Source: Peribolospora baueri (lineage: Eukaryota). From it: a stretch of 64,000 nt of DNA. Below the pieces are notes generated by a model that was not told where the DNA came from, ran no database searches, and worked only from the letters and a program-made list of their open reading frames with translations. The position numbers and the translations under genes are program-made. Positions 50,104 to 63,363 of this stretch are shown in pieces (the stretch's first letter is position 1; every line of letters begins with the position of its first letter). Location of the stretch: positions 62,001 through 126,000 of the forward strand of contig JAMDHS010000027.1 of NCBI GenBank assembly GCA_029717555.1, written 5' to 3'.

Positions 50104-51461
50104 TCAACCATCCTTGTCAGACATGGCTTCCGAGTCGTAGCCATCGTCGTCCTCCGCCTCGCCCTCGCCCTCGCCCTCGCCTTCGCCTTCGCCTCCGCCT
50201 CGGCCTTCGTCGTGAGTTGCGTCGGACGCCTTTACAAATGTCCTCCACCATCGGCCAAGGAACTTTTTGACGTCCGAGCCGAGGCCAAGGTACTCGGCGT
50301 TGCTCACCAGGCCTATCCATCGCGCTTGCCCTTGCGCAAGAGAGCATTCTAAGACGCTGAGGTCGCCGAAGTAGAGGTACTGGAGGATAAAGATGAACGA
50401 GGCAGGGTCGGGGAGAGGGAGGAGAACGACTGGCCTGTCTGTTGGAGAGGAAAGGAGTCGAGGTGCCTCGGCCGGCGTAATCGACTTTCGGTGCGCGAGT
50501 GGGAGTCGGCTGGGCCAGGGTGGTGTCGGGCTGCCTGGAAGAGACATCGGTAACGAAGGTAACGAGGTCGACGTCGTTGGGGCGGCGCTCAAGGAATCCA
50601 GGGTGCCCGAACTGCAGAGTAAGTCTCGCTAAAGACGCGATCACAGCCCCGGATCGCAAGGCAATAACAAGGAACAAGGATCAGTCGGCTGTCTGTCTTG
50701 AAGTAAACCTCCGTTTGGTGTGGCGCAGAGAGAAGGTGGAGATGGGCCGAGTACGTTTTACTTACCAGCAATACGCTCTGTATAACGAGATAGTCCTTGT
50801 GCAACTGGAAGGTTAAGCTGTTACTGGAAGTTGAACTCGACTTGTCGTCCAAGTCTGACGACGGAAAGTGCGCTGATGATCGGCTCTCGAGACGTAGCGA
50901 AGGCGTCATGGCTGGAAACCGGAGGTCATCCGTTGGTGGGGACATGCTCGGCGGACTTGAGCCTGGAAAGAAATTCATGGCGTGGTGTGGGCTCGCCCCA
51001 AACGCTCGGATGTCGGGCGATCCGGAGGATCTTCGGAAAAGGCTACTGTCGTCGACGGGAACGATGACGGTACAGTCCGACGTCTCGTCTCGGCCCCAGA
51101 AATAGCCCGCGAGCGCATTGAGACTGTCAATGACGTACGGCAGCGGTACGCTCTCGAGGTTGTCTGGGTCGAGCTGTACCTCCAGCGACAAGGTTGGGGA
51201 CGGTGATGGCGGTCCCAACGACGACGGAGAGGACGATGGTTTTCGAGCCGCGCTGGATCGAGGCTTGTCCCAGTCCATCATCATTTGCGCGGCCGTACCG
51301 GTACCTGTGCTTGGTGCGCTCGCCGGCTTTGGAGCCGGGGCCAGCACGGAGAAGCTGACGTTCCCTTGCGGCACGGTTGGCAGCGTGTTGGTGATGACTC
51401 TCAAGGCGTCGGCTCGAGAAAGAGTGTGCCAGAGCTCAGATCCGGGGGCGGCGGCGACCAT
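50104..51461 (-). CDS. BTB/POZ-like domain protein of unknown function; exons 51461-50766, 50628-50104
   Basis: TSDCTVIV...FQLHKDYLVIQSVLL|RDLL...LPLPDPASFIFILQYLYFGD...LVSNAEYLGL matches a BTB-fold pattern with large insertions. GTAAGT donor and TAG acceptor are in phase. Confidence 0.65.
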
Positions 51462-54230
51462 CTTACTGCTCCTGCTGCTGAGTGGCGAGTGAAGAGGTGC
51501 AAAAGTTCAACAAAACGAAAGCATGTAGTGTGTCGAGAGAGGGAGAAGGAACAAGAAATCCTCGCGCGAACGTCGCACGAAGTCGATCTCCTTATATTCT
51601 CCAATTTGGATGAGGAAGAAACGGGGTATCGGGCTCACCATGCGGCCGTTCGAGAGAGCCCTCGTCACTATCGCTAGCTCCTCGGTGACAAACAATACGG
51701 AATTCGATTCGGAGGCGGTCAGCAGCAGCGGGCGCTCGACCAGCGGGTCATCTACTCCCAAGCCGCCCTCGCCCGCGAAGACCGGTGTTCTCTCTTTGAA
51801 AAGGTAAGCTGCGTGCTGTGCATGGTCTCCTCGACCCTTGGCGGCTAGGGGGAAGGAAAGAGCCGTCCATCTGCAAGATCTCGCGTCGGTTAAACCTTCT
51901 CACTCAACCTCTGCCCTCCCCACTCTTCGCCCCCCGCGGTACAATAGCCTGCCTTGGCCATGGCGTCCCGGCTCGGTTGGCCATACTTAGGTTGCACATT
52001 GTCCGTGCGGTTGTCAGTTTTCCGCACCATGTCTTCTCATTCTTTCGTCCTATGGATGGCGGCTGTTTCGGCGTACCCTCGGCCCGACCCGTCGCACACC
52101 CGGCAAAGGATCGATTTCGAGAACGATCATGACAGGGCCAACACGTGGGTCGCGACGGTTGAACGGAGGCTGACTCCGCCCAGTCAACTTGATGCAGCGT
52201 GGATGACCTTGAGGGATGATGTGGACGATGTTGAGGTCGTACGGCAGAGAGGCTAAGAACAAATGGAGATGCCCGAGGGGCAAAGAGGCGACGTGGCGCC
52301 GACCCTGCTGCGTGGGCCTGTCGACCGAGGAAACGTGAGACAAAAAGGGTCATAAATCATACACCCAAGGAAACGTTTGGCCACCGTGGAATAAGCGACG
52401 GCGGATGAGCCTGAATGCGAGCAGAACCAAAAAGAAAATTTGTGACAGGGCAAGCGATAAGGAGGCAGGAGGGCCGTGCCCAAGGTGCGCGATCCGGCAC
52501 ATGCGGAGCAGGCCGAACAATGGGAGGCGGTGGCGAAGGACATCGCAAACCGACAATAACTGCGCCGCCATTTGGGCGAACTGAATCGAGCCCTTGCATC
52601 GGACCGCATGAGTATGTCCAGGCAACCAGCCAGCAATATGTCCATATCGATCATACATGAGTAGGCACCCGTATGAAAACCTGATCGAAAAGAGACATGC
52701 TGCTCTGGACGGCGCCAGCGCTCCCGTCTTGCACGTGCGAAGAGTGCGCGACGGAGCGCCCACGCCACGGGCCACACGCTGTGCGAGAAGATGAGCGATG
52801 GGACCAGAGGGGCGCAGACAATAGAGGGAGGTGGCCACCGGCAATAACGGCGGTGGCCGAGTGTTGGTTGGCTGACGCTCGAGCGCTGTACCGCTCCACG
52901 CAAGGAAAGGATACTCGGGCGATCAGTGGCGGAGAACAATTGTGCGCAACCCTGCTGCGGCAAGTCGTCGAGATGAGATGAGATGAGATTCGAACTCCGA
53001 GATTGCTCGGAGATTGTGGAAGCGAGCGAGGGCTTGCCTCCGTTCCAGTCACTCGAGCCCCGATGCTTGCAGCCCTCGCTGCAGGGAAGAGGGTCCCGTT
53101 CGGGCGGGGAGAGCGGATGGAGCGGATGGACGCCCACTCGCCACTAGAAGTGGACTAGCGACGCCGTTTATCATCTCTCCATCGCGGCTGTGGTCGTTAT
53201 GCAACCCCTTCCGTCGTCGCAGCAAGTTCACACAGTCGCCAGAAAGCGTTTTCTGTCGGAGCGCATGACACTCGAAATCATTTCACAAGCGTCCATGCAA
53301 GTCTGACGCCAATTGCTGAACCTTGTCTCTGCACACATGGGGCCAGCACGCCCCGTGACCCGCTGGGCCGTGGCCGCGCGCGTCGCAATTGTTGTCAGTG
53401 GTTATGGAGATGAGCTTGTCGACCCGGTCCTTACCTGACTTACTTGACCTCCTTCCGCCTCCGTCTATGTAAAGCCTTCGACTGTGTGTCTCAACAAATG
53501 CGCCCGTCCATATTGGCCGCTTTGTCTCGTCAAATCGCCACATCGTCCACCGACCGATCGACCGACCGGCTGCTTTTCGACACGACTGCCCAATGTGCCG
53601 GACCGTCATGGCGACTATGAGGCGATGGCAAGGAGCTCGAGTGACGATGGCCAGCCGCCACCCCGATCCATGGCCTCAAAGGGTCGTCAAAGGCGAGAGG
53701 AGCGTGCTATTGTCATAATCGAATTAGAAGCGACGTGCCCGTCATTATCAGCAAGCCACGACGGGTTGACTGAAGCAAACTACAGAGAAAAAGGTTTGGG
53801 AGAGAGAGGTCTCAATTGTACGTACGCGCCAGGTGAAGACACAGAGGCGCCATGTGTAAAAGGTGGCAACGAGAACTTCCAACACACCTTCGCTCAGTGG
53901 ATCTCGCTCCACCCATTCCGATCTTTTTTTCTTCTGCTCGCATCTTCACGAAGCCCCTCCCAAAAAGAAGCGTCCCAAGAACTGCCACTGAACCTCCTGT
54001 CGCATTCACAGCCATCGGTATATCACCACGGAGAGAAACATCCCGTCGCCCTTCTCCTACTCGGTCGACGGCGAACATACTCGCAAGCGTCTCGGAATAT
54101 ACAATGCTCCATCGGGTAGCACACGTCCACGCACACGCACCGCCCTCTTCGCACATACACGTCATATGCTCATGCCAGCTCTGCGCCACGCAGGAGGTCG
54201 TAAGCAACAATGGCCTCCTTCCCGAAAAAC

Positions 54231-57101
54231 TCAAGCAGTCGGCTGGACGGTAAGGGCAGCCATGTCCGGCAGATCTTCTATGCGCTCGATGAGCTGCAAA
54301 ATGCGCAGGAAGAACACAGACAGACGTAATCAGCTTTGTTTTTATCGCAAAGCGCGCATGACCACCTAATCATTCCATCTCGTCAAAGCGAGATCGTGTT
54401 GCTCACCTTGGTGACTTTGCCGACTGCGATCGTCTTTCCCTCGTCTCGAAGGGTGAAACGACCAAGCTGTGGAGCAAGCATGCGAATATAAGTAAGTAAG
54501 CGAGCGAGCGACACGATCGTTTGATGGTTCGATAGGCAAGTCTGTGGACGAGCAAGGTCAAACGCCGCTCACCTGAGGGTAGTCGGAGAACTTTTCGATG
54601 CAAATCGGAGCCGTCGTTTCGATGAGCGCGACGACCTTTTGACCTGTATAGGGCAGCACGGATACGGAGACCAACGACCTAGTCAATAAAGTTCCGTGAA
54701 CGCGGAATTACGCGAGTACAACTACGAGTGTCGAAGATGGCCCGCACCCTTTTTCGCGAACTGCGGCGGTCGCTTCGACTTCCTTCCCGTCTTCCTGTCG
54801 AAGTAGTGGAGAAGGGACTGGTGTGATCGTATCGACGATGTCGCACAGAAGATGCGAAGGACGAAAATCGAGTGAGCGAAAACTATCCATCCAAGGTCGA
54901 CGGAGGAAAAGGGGAAAGGAAGAGAGGTCCCTCACGTTGATCGTGATCTCCTCAGCGAGAGTGTGAATGTGCATAACGGCGCTATAACCTGCGGTGATGA
55001 TGTTCTTACTCTCGAGGATGGCCAGCTGGGCCTCAAACTGGGTGACGGCGTGCACGGGCTGGCGCACATCGGTGAGCACGAAACCGACCGAGACATCCTC
55101 GTCGTCGACGCCCTTCAACCGGATGCGCACGTTGTCGCCGCAGATGGCCGCAGGGACTTCGTCTTCCATTTCGTTCATGATAGCAGTGGCTTCCACGTTG
55201 ACCTGCGAGGACGAAGAATGAAGGACGAACGCGGCGTGAGCAATGGCCCGAACGCAGGAGAACATACACGAGCCCGCCAAGCAGGAGAAATCAGTCACCT
55301 TGTTGGGCATCAACAACAGCTGGTCGCCTCTCTTGATCTTGCCCGCCTCCAGCTTCCCTACGACGATCGTGCCCATCTCCTTGTACTTCTCCGAAATGGG
55401 CATCTTCATCGGCGCATGGAGCTTGCGGTCCTGCATGGGCAGGTCGTCGAGATACTCGAGCAACGAGGCGCCGCTGAAGGGGAATCGAAAGATGCAGTCA
55501 GGTACGTGGCCGGGTCAGGCGCGATTAATTTAGGGCTAGGGATTATGAAGCCCGCTCACGCAGGAAAGCCTACTCACTTCCACCAGGGGGCCACGTCCTT
55601 GGACACGCGGTCCTTGAGGTTTTGACCCGCATACGCTGAGACGGGAATGAAATGCAGGTCCGTCTTCGGATTGAAGCCGGAGGCGCGCAGGAACGGCGTG
55701 AGCTTGGACTCTATCTCATCATACCTTATCGAAATAGAACGGGAAGGTTGAGAAGTTAGCTTTGGAAGAGAGGACTCGATCGAAGGAGACAAATGGAGAA
55801 GACAACAACCTACCTCTCCTTGCTCCACTCCACGGTGGGGTCGTCCATCTTGTTGATGACCACAATAACCTTCTGCACGCCGGCAGTCTTGACCAGCATG
55901 GCGTGCTCACGAGTCTGACCGCCCTTCTCGAAACCGGTCTCAAACTCGCCTCTGCGCGCCGAAATAACCTTAATCACGACGAGTGTCCGTTCACCATCAG
56001 CGAGAAGCTGGCCGGGACCAGGCGAAGCAAAAAGGAGACTAAAGAATCGTCACTCACGAGGATGGCGATATCCGCCTGAGCGGCACCGCTGATCATGCTG
56101 GGGACGAAGTTCTTGTGACCAGGAGCATCGAGAATGGTGTATCGCCTCTTTCCGGTCTCGAAATAAGCCCTGCCAACTTCCACAGTCTTTCCCTTGGCGC
56201 GTTCTTGGGGGGTCGAGTCAAGGGCCCAGGAGAGGTACCACGACTCTCGACCGGCCTCCTTGGCCTCCTTCTCGTACTTCTCCATCGTACGCTTGTCCAC
56301 CATGCCGCAGAGATAGAGGATGTTGCCGCCCATCGTAGACTTGCCGGCGTCGACGTGGCCGATGAACACGACGTTCAAGTGCGTTTTGACTGCGTATGGA
56401 GAGTGAAACAAGGTATGACGCATGTGTATCCTTTTCAACAATGACAAGCTCGTTCTCGGCAAAATGAACGACTTACGCTCCTCTCCGAGATCGCCGTACA
56501 GGTCTTTCAGAGTCTCCTCATCCGCCACCTCCTTGGTCTGTTCCAGCACCGTGTCCTGGTTGTTCGCCGAAACTTCTGACACTCTCGTTGGCGGCTTGGT
56601 GGCACTGTCACTGGCGCTCTTGGAGACTGGTTCGCGATCCTGAGAGGCGGCGCGGGGAGGCGTTGATGAAGCGCTCTTGGCCCCGCCACCGATGGAGATA
56701 GACACGGGAGCGCGATTCTGAGCCGCCGCCCCAGCGGGGGGAGGCGTTGACGAAGAGCTCTGAGAATCGCCGATGGAAAGGGAAACGGGAGCGCGGTTCT
56801 GGGCGGCCGCTCCAGCGGGGGCAGGCGGTACGGGTGAAGGGCTCTGATAACCGCCGATGGAAAGGGAAACGGGAGCGCGGTTCTGGGCGGCCGCTCCAGC
56901 GGGAGCAGGTGGTACGGGTGAAGGGCTCTGATAACCGCCGATGGAAAGGGAAACGGGAGCACGGTTCTGAGCCGCCGCTCCGGCCGGAGGAGGTGGAGTA
57001 GGCGTGGGTGAAGGACCTTGGCTGGGTGGTCCACCTGGGCCGCCGAAGTTGAAGGCCCGTGCGTTCGGGTTGAAGGAGAAAGGGCGTGCGTTCGGGTTCA
57101 T
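54231..57101 (-). CDS. SUP35: Translation termination factor eRF3 (Sup35)
   Basis: NVVFIGHVDAGKSTMGG, RESWYLSWALD, LDAPGHK, NKMDD, PQLGRFTLRDEGKTIAVGKVTK. Last exon 54293-54231. N-terminal PAM2-like MNPNARPF and NPNARAF. Confidence 0.97.
56645..56990 (-). repeat. Coding tandem repeat in the eRF3 N-domain: four units with periods of 84, 84 and 81 bp
   Basis: The plus-strand anchor ATGGA recurs at 56692, 56773, 56857 and 56941. Peptide unit AGAAAQNRAPVSLSIGGYQSPSPVPPAP. Confidence 0.95.
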
Positions 57102-57299
57102 GGCGGACTGCTGCCGACGGAAGGCAAGAGAGGGAAGGAAGTAGGGCGATCAAGGTTTCCCAAGTTTTTGTGGAGCACCGAATGCCTCTCTGAACAGGCG
57201 ATGGAGGGATGGAGAAGTGGGAAGTGCTGGAGGTGATCTTCGCCTCGCAAGTCGACCTGACGATAGGCGAAAAGGTTCGAGCGCCCTTCGACTGCGGGT

Positions 57300-57307
57300 T
57301 CACGTGA
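57300..57307. promoter_or_regulatory. Palindromic E-box TCACGTGA in the SUP35/GLC8 divergent promoter
   Basis: Exact palindrome between two head-to-head genes. It matches the bHLH (Cbf1-type) consensus but could occur by chance. Confidence 0.3.
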
Positions 57308-57578
57308 TGTGACTGCGGCCACCGCCGCCTACGTCCAACCAGTGTTCGGACTGCGGCAGGTGACGTCGGCTTGTGACCGGGCGTGTGATCAGACGGGGCG
57401 GGGATTGCAATGCAGCAAGCAAGGACGACCAACGTCCATCCGTCGTCGCTCGTCTTCCATTGCCTTTCACGCTCACCACTCTCCGCCCTTCCACCCGTGA
57501 CGTCCGCCTCAGCCCCGTTGTCGCTCCTCCTCGCTTTACATCCTTGTCAACAGCCCCTCCGCGCTTCACTCGTCCAAC

Positions 57579-58979
57579 ATGGCGGAGACCACACAGCCCC
57601 GGCCCCCGGTACCCTCCAGCCAAGCGCCCAAGCCCAAAGGTATCCTCAAGAACCCCAAGCCCGGCCCAGAGGGTCATCAACATGGTGATAGACCCACTCA
57701 GTGAGTGGTTGCGTAACACGTAATAATATGTTGTAGTTGGTGGGGGAATCTGTGTTATGCGTTCTTTCGATTAGAGCGACATTGGCTAGAGGTGGAGGAT
57801 ACGGTTTCTCAGTGGACCACCCGGGCCTTGCTGACCTTCTCGTCAACTCCACTCTCGCCCTCTTCAGTCTTGCATGGGACGAATCGAACCTGACGTTGCA
57901 CGAGATCGAACGCGAAATGGAAGGAGCGAGGATGAAGATTGACGAGCCCAAGACGCCGTTCGTAAAGTACAACGCCGAGACGGATGAGGTGGATGGAGGT
58001 GAGTGGTTGACAGCAAGAGGGGATCAGCGCTCGCTATAAAATGTTCTTTTTGACTGAAAGAAAGTTTCTCACCTGGGTCCTTGTCTGTGCTCTCTTTCAC
58101 TCTTCTCCTCATACCAGGCATCCCCGACTTCAATCTCTCCGGAGGCGGCAGCGGCTCGTCCCCCTCCTCCCGCTCCTCCTCCTTCTCCCTTGGTTCCCCA
58201 TCCTCCCCTACGGGCCCCACCTCCCCTACTTTGCGCACGGCGACGAAGAAGACGACGCAGGAGAACACGCGCGCCAACGCCGCCCTCGGTCGCACCGCTC
58301 CCCTCTCCACTTCTTCATCCGGAGGATTCAACCAAACGGAGTCAGACTTCTCTTCCCTCAGCTCCCCTCCATCGTCCACGGCACCTGCGAGCGCGGACGT
58401 TCCCGCCAGCTCGACGTCCGCCCACAGCACCGCTAGCAGTCGGAGTGCTAGCTTCAGCTTGCCAGATTGGAAGGACGGTAGGGACGCTGTGCGCAATGCT
58501 GTTGGTTCGATGGGAGCGGACGAAGTGGAGGAGGAGGAGGATGAGGAGAGTGAGTGACCATTCTCGGTGTCGTTTGTTGTCTTATTTGTCATCGAAGAGA
58601 AGGGAAGCGCGTCCCTGCATACTGAGGCGTCACCCTTTGCTCTTTCTTTCCCGTTCTCTCGCTCACAGCCAAAGCCAAGCATGCCGCCTTTGCAGCTAAG
58701 CGCAACCAACATTACGGCAACGAAGGCGAAGCAATGCGTCTGGCGCAGCAGCTCATGGCTCAGGAGGACGATGATGACGAAGAGGACGAGACCGCTCCCG
58801 CCGACGATGGACGGCGTCCGAGGACGACGGCAGATGACGGGGAGGTGGTCGTCGGTTCTGTGGACGACGAGGAGGACGAGGAAGATGACGAGGACTCGAA
58901 TATGCACGACGAGAGAGAAAGGAGGATACCGCCTGTGCCGCCCATTCCTGATGGTCTCAACGGCGTAACTAGGGGATGA
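57579..58979 (+). CDS. GLC8: Protein phosphatase 1 inhibitor-2 (Glc8/IPP-2), 3 introns
   Basis: KGILKN (SILK motif), HLAWDESNL, MKIDEPKTPF and FAAKRNQHYGNE, joined in frame across three GT-AG introns. Confidence 0.92.
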
Positions 58980-59726
58980 GGCGTAGGTAGAGGATCGGTT
59001 GGTCGATGAGACGACGAGGTGGGAAGGAACGAACGGGACGAGCAGCAGACACTCACCCTCGAAGCTTACGTCCAAGGAGCGCCTTTTCATGTCACCGTCC
59101 CTCACTCTCCTCCACCGGCGTTCGCCTGCAGGCCCAAGGGCGTCGATGCACGCCATCCAGCGTGCGCTTTCCGTCGATTCATCAGGCTTTTCGCCCATCT
59201 GCTCGCTCGAGACTCTGACTCTACCTCCCACCTTCCGCCGCATGGTCCTTCCCCTTCCTTTCCAGTCGTTCCCTTCCTCTCGCCGTTTGTCCTATAGTCT
59301 CTGTCCGGCCCTGTCTCGCGCCGTCCGTCCATTCGTTCATCCGTTCGAACGGAGGCTGATTCAAACGAACAGTTGTCACATCGCTCGTGCCGTATGGTAC
59401 GCACGCAACCCCTTAGAGACAAGCAAGCGATGGGTCTAAAAGCCTTCCCTTTCTTCTTCCTCTTCTTCTGCTTCGTCACCTTCATCGTCGTCGTCGCATC
59501 CAGCGGGTCCGGTCGGTTTGTGAACGCAAGGAACGCACGGCTCCTTTCTCTTCGCGCCCGCCGGTCGGTCGGGGTCGGCGACGGACCTCTCCCTACTACC
59601 TTAAGCGGTCTCTCCGCGCTGGGACGACAGACGGAGGGTGATAAGAGGAGGAGATATCGGATGCCTAGAGTCGAGGCCGGCGCACCGGCGCGCTGGTCTG
59701 AGAGAACGAAACGCGGCAGGAGGCGA

Positions 59727-62565
59727 TCAGAGCAAGCCGCGCAAAACGAGCAATAACCGCTCGCACAGACACAACACCACCTCTTCCTCCCTCTCCTCTT
59801 CTCCTTCCTTTTCCTCTTTCTTTGTCGACTCTCCCTTCAGAGCCGAAGAGGATGGCGGGGACGAACTCGAAGGGATCCGAACGATTCCGAAACCCATCAT
59901 GAACCCCGGTCCCTCCTCCCCTCCTCCGCCTCCGCCGTCGCCCCCAGAGAGCCTGACGACCCTCTGCTTTGCGTAAACGTCCTTGGCGCGCTCGGGAGCG
60001 TAGTAGACGAACAAATTCCCCGCTCCGCTCCCCATCATCCCTGCCGCTGGCGCTCTCGAGCGAGCGGAAGAAGAGGATGCGGAAGAGGAAAAGTGCGAGG
60101 CGGGCGCAAGGGGACTTTCGAATGCGAAAACGACCCCGCCTCCTCCTCCGCCTTCCCCACCCCCAGGGGTCGTCCCGGGCGTAGGCCGCGATCGGGTTAC
60201 AGTCGGGGGGATGTGATGAAGGACGTGGTGAGCGTCTTTCTTGGAAGCGAGGACGAACGCGAGCGCCGGGAAAGTGGAAATGTGCGTCCATTCGTCGTCC
60301 TCCATGTCTTTTTCTGTTCTTTCCCCTCGCCCATCGTCCACGAGCCCGTTTGTAGAGGCGGAGAAGGACGAGGAAGGAGGGGGTCGGAAGACGAGGCCGT
60401 CGATGTCGGATTTGATCACTGCGGGGTCACCTTGCGAAAGGCTGGATGGGCAGGAGGACGACGACGGTTTGTGGTCGGAGAAGGAGGAGGGGGATGAAGA
60501 AGGGACATCGAGGGAGACGGGAAAGGGCCAGGCCAAGACGGTGGAAGGCCGAGCGGAGGGAGCGGGGCTCGTCGTCAGGCGCACCGCCCGCCCACGAGAA
60601 CTGGAGGAAGAAACGTCGTGGTCAGGTTCAGGCCCAGGCTCGACCCACGTCCACCGCGTGTCCTTGCCGACGCTCCCGTCCGCCTCTTCGTCGCCTTCTC
60701 CGAACAAGCCCGCAGACCCGGCCGCCGACCCCGCGCCGGCCGCCATTCCCATCCCCACACCCGGTCCCCGACCAGAAGCATAGGCCGCCTCCTCATGCCT
60801 CCTCACGACCTCCTCCGCATCCAACTCATCCTCCCGGTCGATCTCCACGGTGTACTTGTCCAGGGAAGCGGCGATGGAGCGCAGGTATTCCGACGAAAGC
60901 GTCTCGTGCACTTCCGGCGGTTCGTCTTCGTCCGAGCGTAGGTTGCTCGTGGGGGTGAGAGAAAAGAGGTGAGGCCAGCGTGTGCCCTCGTTCGCCTTGG
61001 CGAGGTGGATCGTCAGCAGGCCCTTCGCTTTGGTCTCCCCGCCTCGCTCTTCCTCTCCTTCCTCCATGCCTTGCTCCTGGCCTTGCTGCCCCTCTTCCTC
61101 GCCAACCTTGGGAGAGGGGGGCCTCTCCCACTCCCATGTGCTCGCCTCCGCGTCAATCTCGTCCCACGTCCTCCTCTCTACGCCCCTCCCCAAAGAGTCT
61201 CCGTCTCTGCGCCGGAAATACGCGGCGAGCCCGGATTTTCGCGTCCACTGCTCCACCGCCTCGTCCCGGAAGACGAGGGAAAGGCCGGTGCTGGTAAAGC
61301 GTGCATCGATGGAGCGTTTGGGCGTGGTCGAGGGCAGAGGGATGGAGAGGGAGACGGTATCATGCGACTGGGTCCACGAGAAGGGGGAGGGCGCTGGCTG
61401 GCCTGAGGCTGAAGACGTCGAAAGAGCAGCCGCCGCCTCCGTTGTCGTCGTCGCCTCCGCTTTCTTCCCGTCAGGATGCGCTTCTGCTGGAGACGGGCGG
61501 GAAGACCCGGCTCCGGGGTCACGAACGGCGGTGGACGGACTATTTCCGCCAAGGACGTGGAACGTGTTTGGGGCACCCAGGAGGTGTCTCCCTGACAGCG
61601 GGTCAAGATGGACGTACGATGGCAGCTCGTCGCCGCGGAGCCTCCATACCGTCTCAAGTGGGGTGTGGGCGACCTGCTCCCCAGTGGGCGGGGACGCTTG
61701 GCGTGGACGAGCTTCTTGAGCGGCGGAAAGAGGGATGCGGACGAGATAAAGATCGAACACCGTCCGAACGGGGGCCCGGAGGTGACTTTTGGGGAGGTGA
61801 GGTCGCTCTTGCTCTGTGAGTCGTATCGCGGACGAGAGGAGGGCGAGCGCATGGGGTTCCGTCGGGTGGGGCTTCACGGCGTGAACCTTGGTGGGACGGA
61901 GAGCGGAGGTGGACGGGTCGGCGTCCGTGTCCATCGCATCGCCTTGACCGTCACGCACTGCAGGATAGTGCTCAAGATGCTCAAAGACGGTGAGCACGTC
62001 GGCGCGCCATGGGCGGTGCTCTGAGTGGACGTCGGGGGCGAGAGAGAGGAGGTAGAGTCGTCCGGTGCCGTCCGAGACGAGCCACAAGCGGGGGTCGATG
62101 GCATGCGCGGAGGGTGGCTCGGAGCTTGTGTCGGACGAAAACGACGAAATGGGGGAGGGGAGGGTGAGGAGCGTGGTCAAGGAGGGAGTGGTAGAACGCT
62201 GGTGAGGGGAGAGGGATGAGCAGCGTCAGGAACGGTCGGGTCGCTCAGGCGGAAGGGCCTCTGTGTGGCCTCGGCGAGGGAATGCGCACCCCTGTAAAGT
62301 AGACGAGCACGACGTTGAGCTCTTGGTCGACGTACATCGCCTGCCCGGGCGCGCCAACGCCGAGATGGTTGTGTAGCAGGGTGCTCTGCACCTGCTTGAA
62401 GCCGATGGTCTGTGCGGTGCGGCCGAATGCGAGGCCAGGAGGGGGGAGCGGGTGGGCAGCGACGACATGGTCCTGGTCAAGCGCGGCGTCGAGCCTGTAC
62501 GCCTCGAAGTGCGGATTGAGGAGCGTACGATTGCGCCGCATCGGGTCGACGTGAGCGGCCGCCAT
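59727..62565 (-). CDS. NUDCD1: NudC domain-containing protein 1 (CS domain co-chaperone); exons 62565-62290, 62198-59727
   Basis: LLNPHFEAYRL, LHNHL, LVSDGTGRL, CS domain PFSWTQSHDTVSL...LTIHLAK...RWPHLF, and WTHISTFPALAFVLASKKD. Confidence 0.85.
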
Positions 62566-63363
62566 GATGGATAGAGGGAGGTGAGTGGAAGCTTGGTCAC
62601 GCACACACGCACGAACCGCACGAACGTCGCTCGCTCGGACGCTCCCTTGCTCGCGCGCACGTGATCGGATCGCCGTTGCGCCTGCCGCAGTCGGCGACAT
62701 TCATCGATCACCGGCGGCCCATTTGTCTTCACGTGGCGCGCGGGCTGCTGACAAACCGGGCGGGTAGATTGAAATGGTGGTTTGAATTGGCGAATAGAGG
62801 GATTGAAAAGGGAGGTTAAGATTATGTCATGGTTGAAACGGTCTGACGCCGTCCGGCTCGCCTCCTTCGCTCCTCTCCTCCTGGCGGTGACCGGACGGTG
62901 ACGACCGTCGTCTCTTTCCTCTCTCCTCTTCTCGACGCTCACATCTCGTCCCCCTCCTACTCCCTTCCTCCTCCTCCTCCTCCTTCTCGCCTCTCGGACC
63001 GCCGCCACGCTCCTTCCATCTCACTCGTCGCCCACACGCAGCCCGTCCTCGCCGCCTTCGCTGCGCCGAACCACACGCCGTCTTCGACCGCATCTTGCGT
63101 GCATCGCTGCCGCCTCCTCCATCCATCCATCCCATCCCCCTCCCTCCAGCCCATCGTCCGTCTTCCTTCCTCCGCCCCCCATATTCACTACCATCGGATC
63201 GCCCACGGAAAGACAGAAGAGAAAGCTCACGAGCGCCCGCCCCATCGTCCACGCCAGCAACCACCCTGCCATCCGCCGGGGCAACTACCCTGTCCCAGCC
63301 TGGCCGTAGGACACCCTTCGCTTGCGGATACAGACCTGCTCGCTGCCGGGGCCCCTCCGAGAG

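Noticed and set aside
51900..54230. ORFs of up to 294 aa between the BTB-like gene and SUP35
   Set aside because: No domain similarity or coherent exon chain; probably promoter or UTR sequence.
56645..56990. Regularly spaced repeats as a possible CRISPR-like array
   Set aside because: The units are fully repeated with no unique spacers, lie in frame within eRF3, and the genome is eukaryotic.
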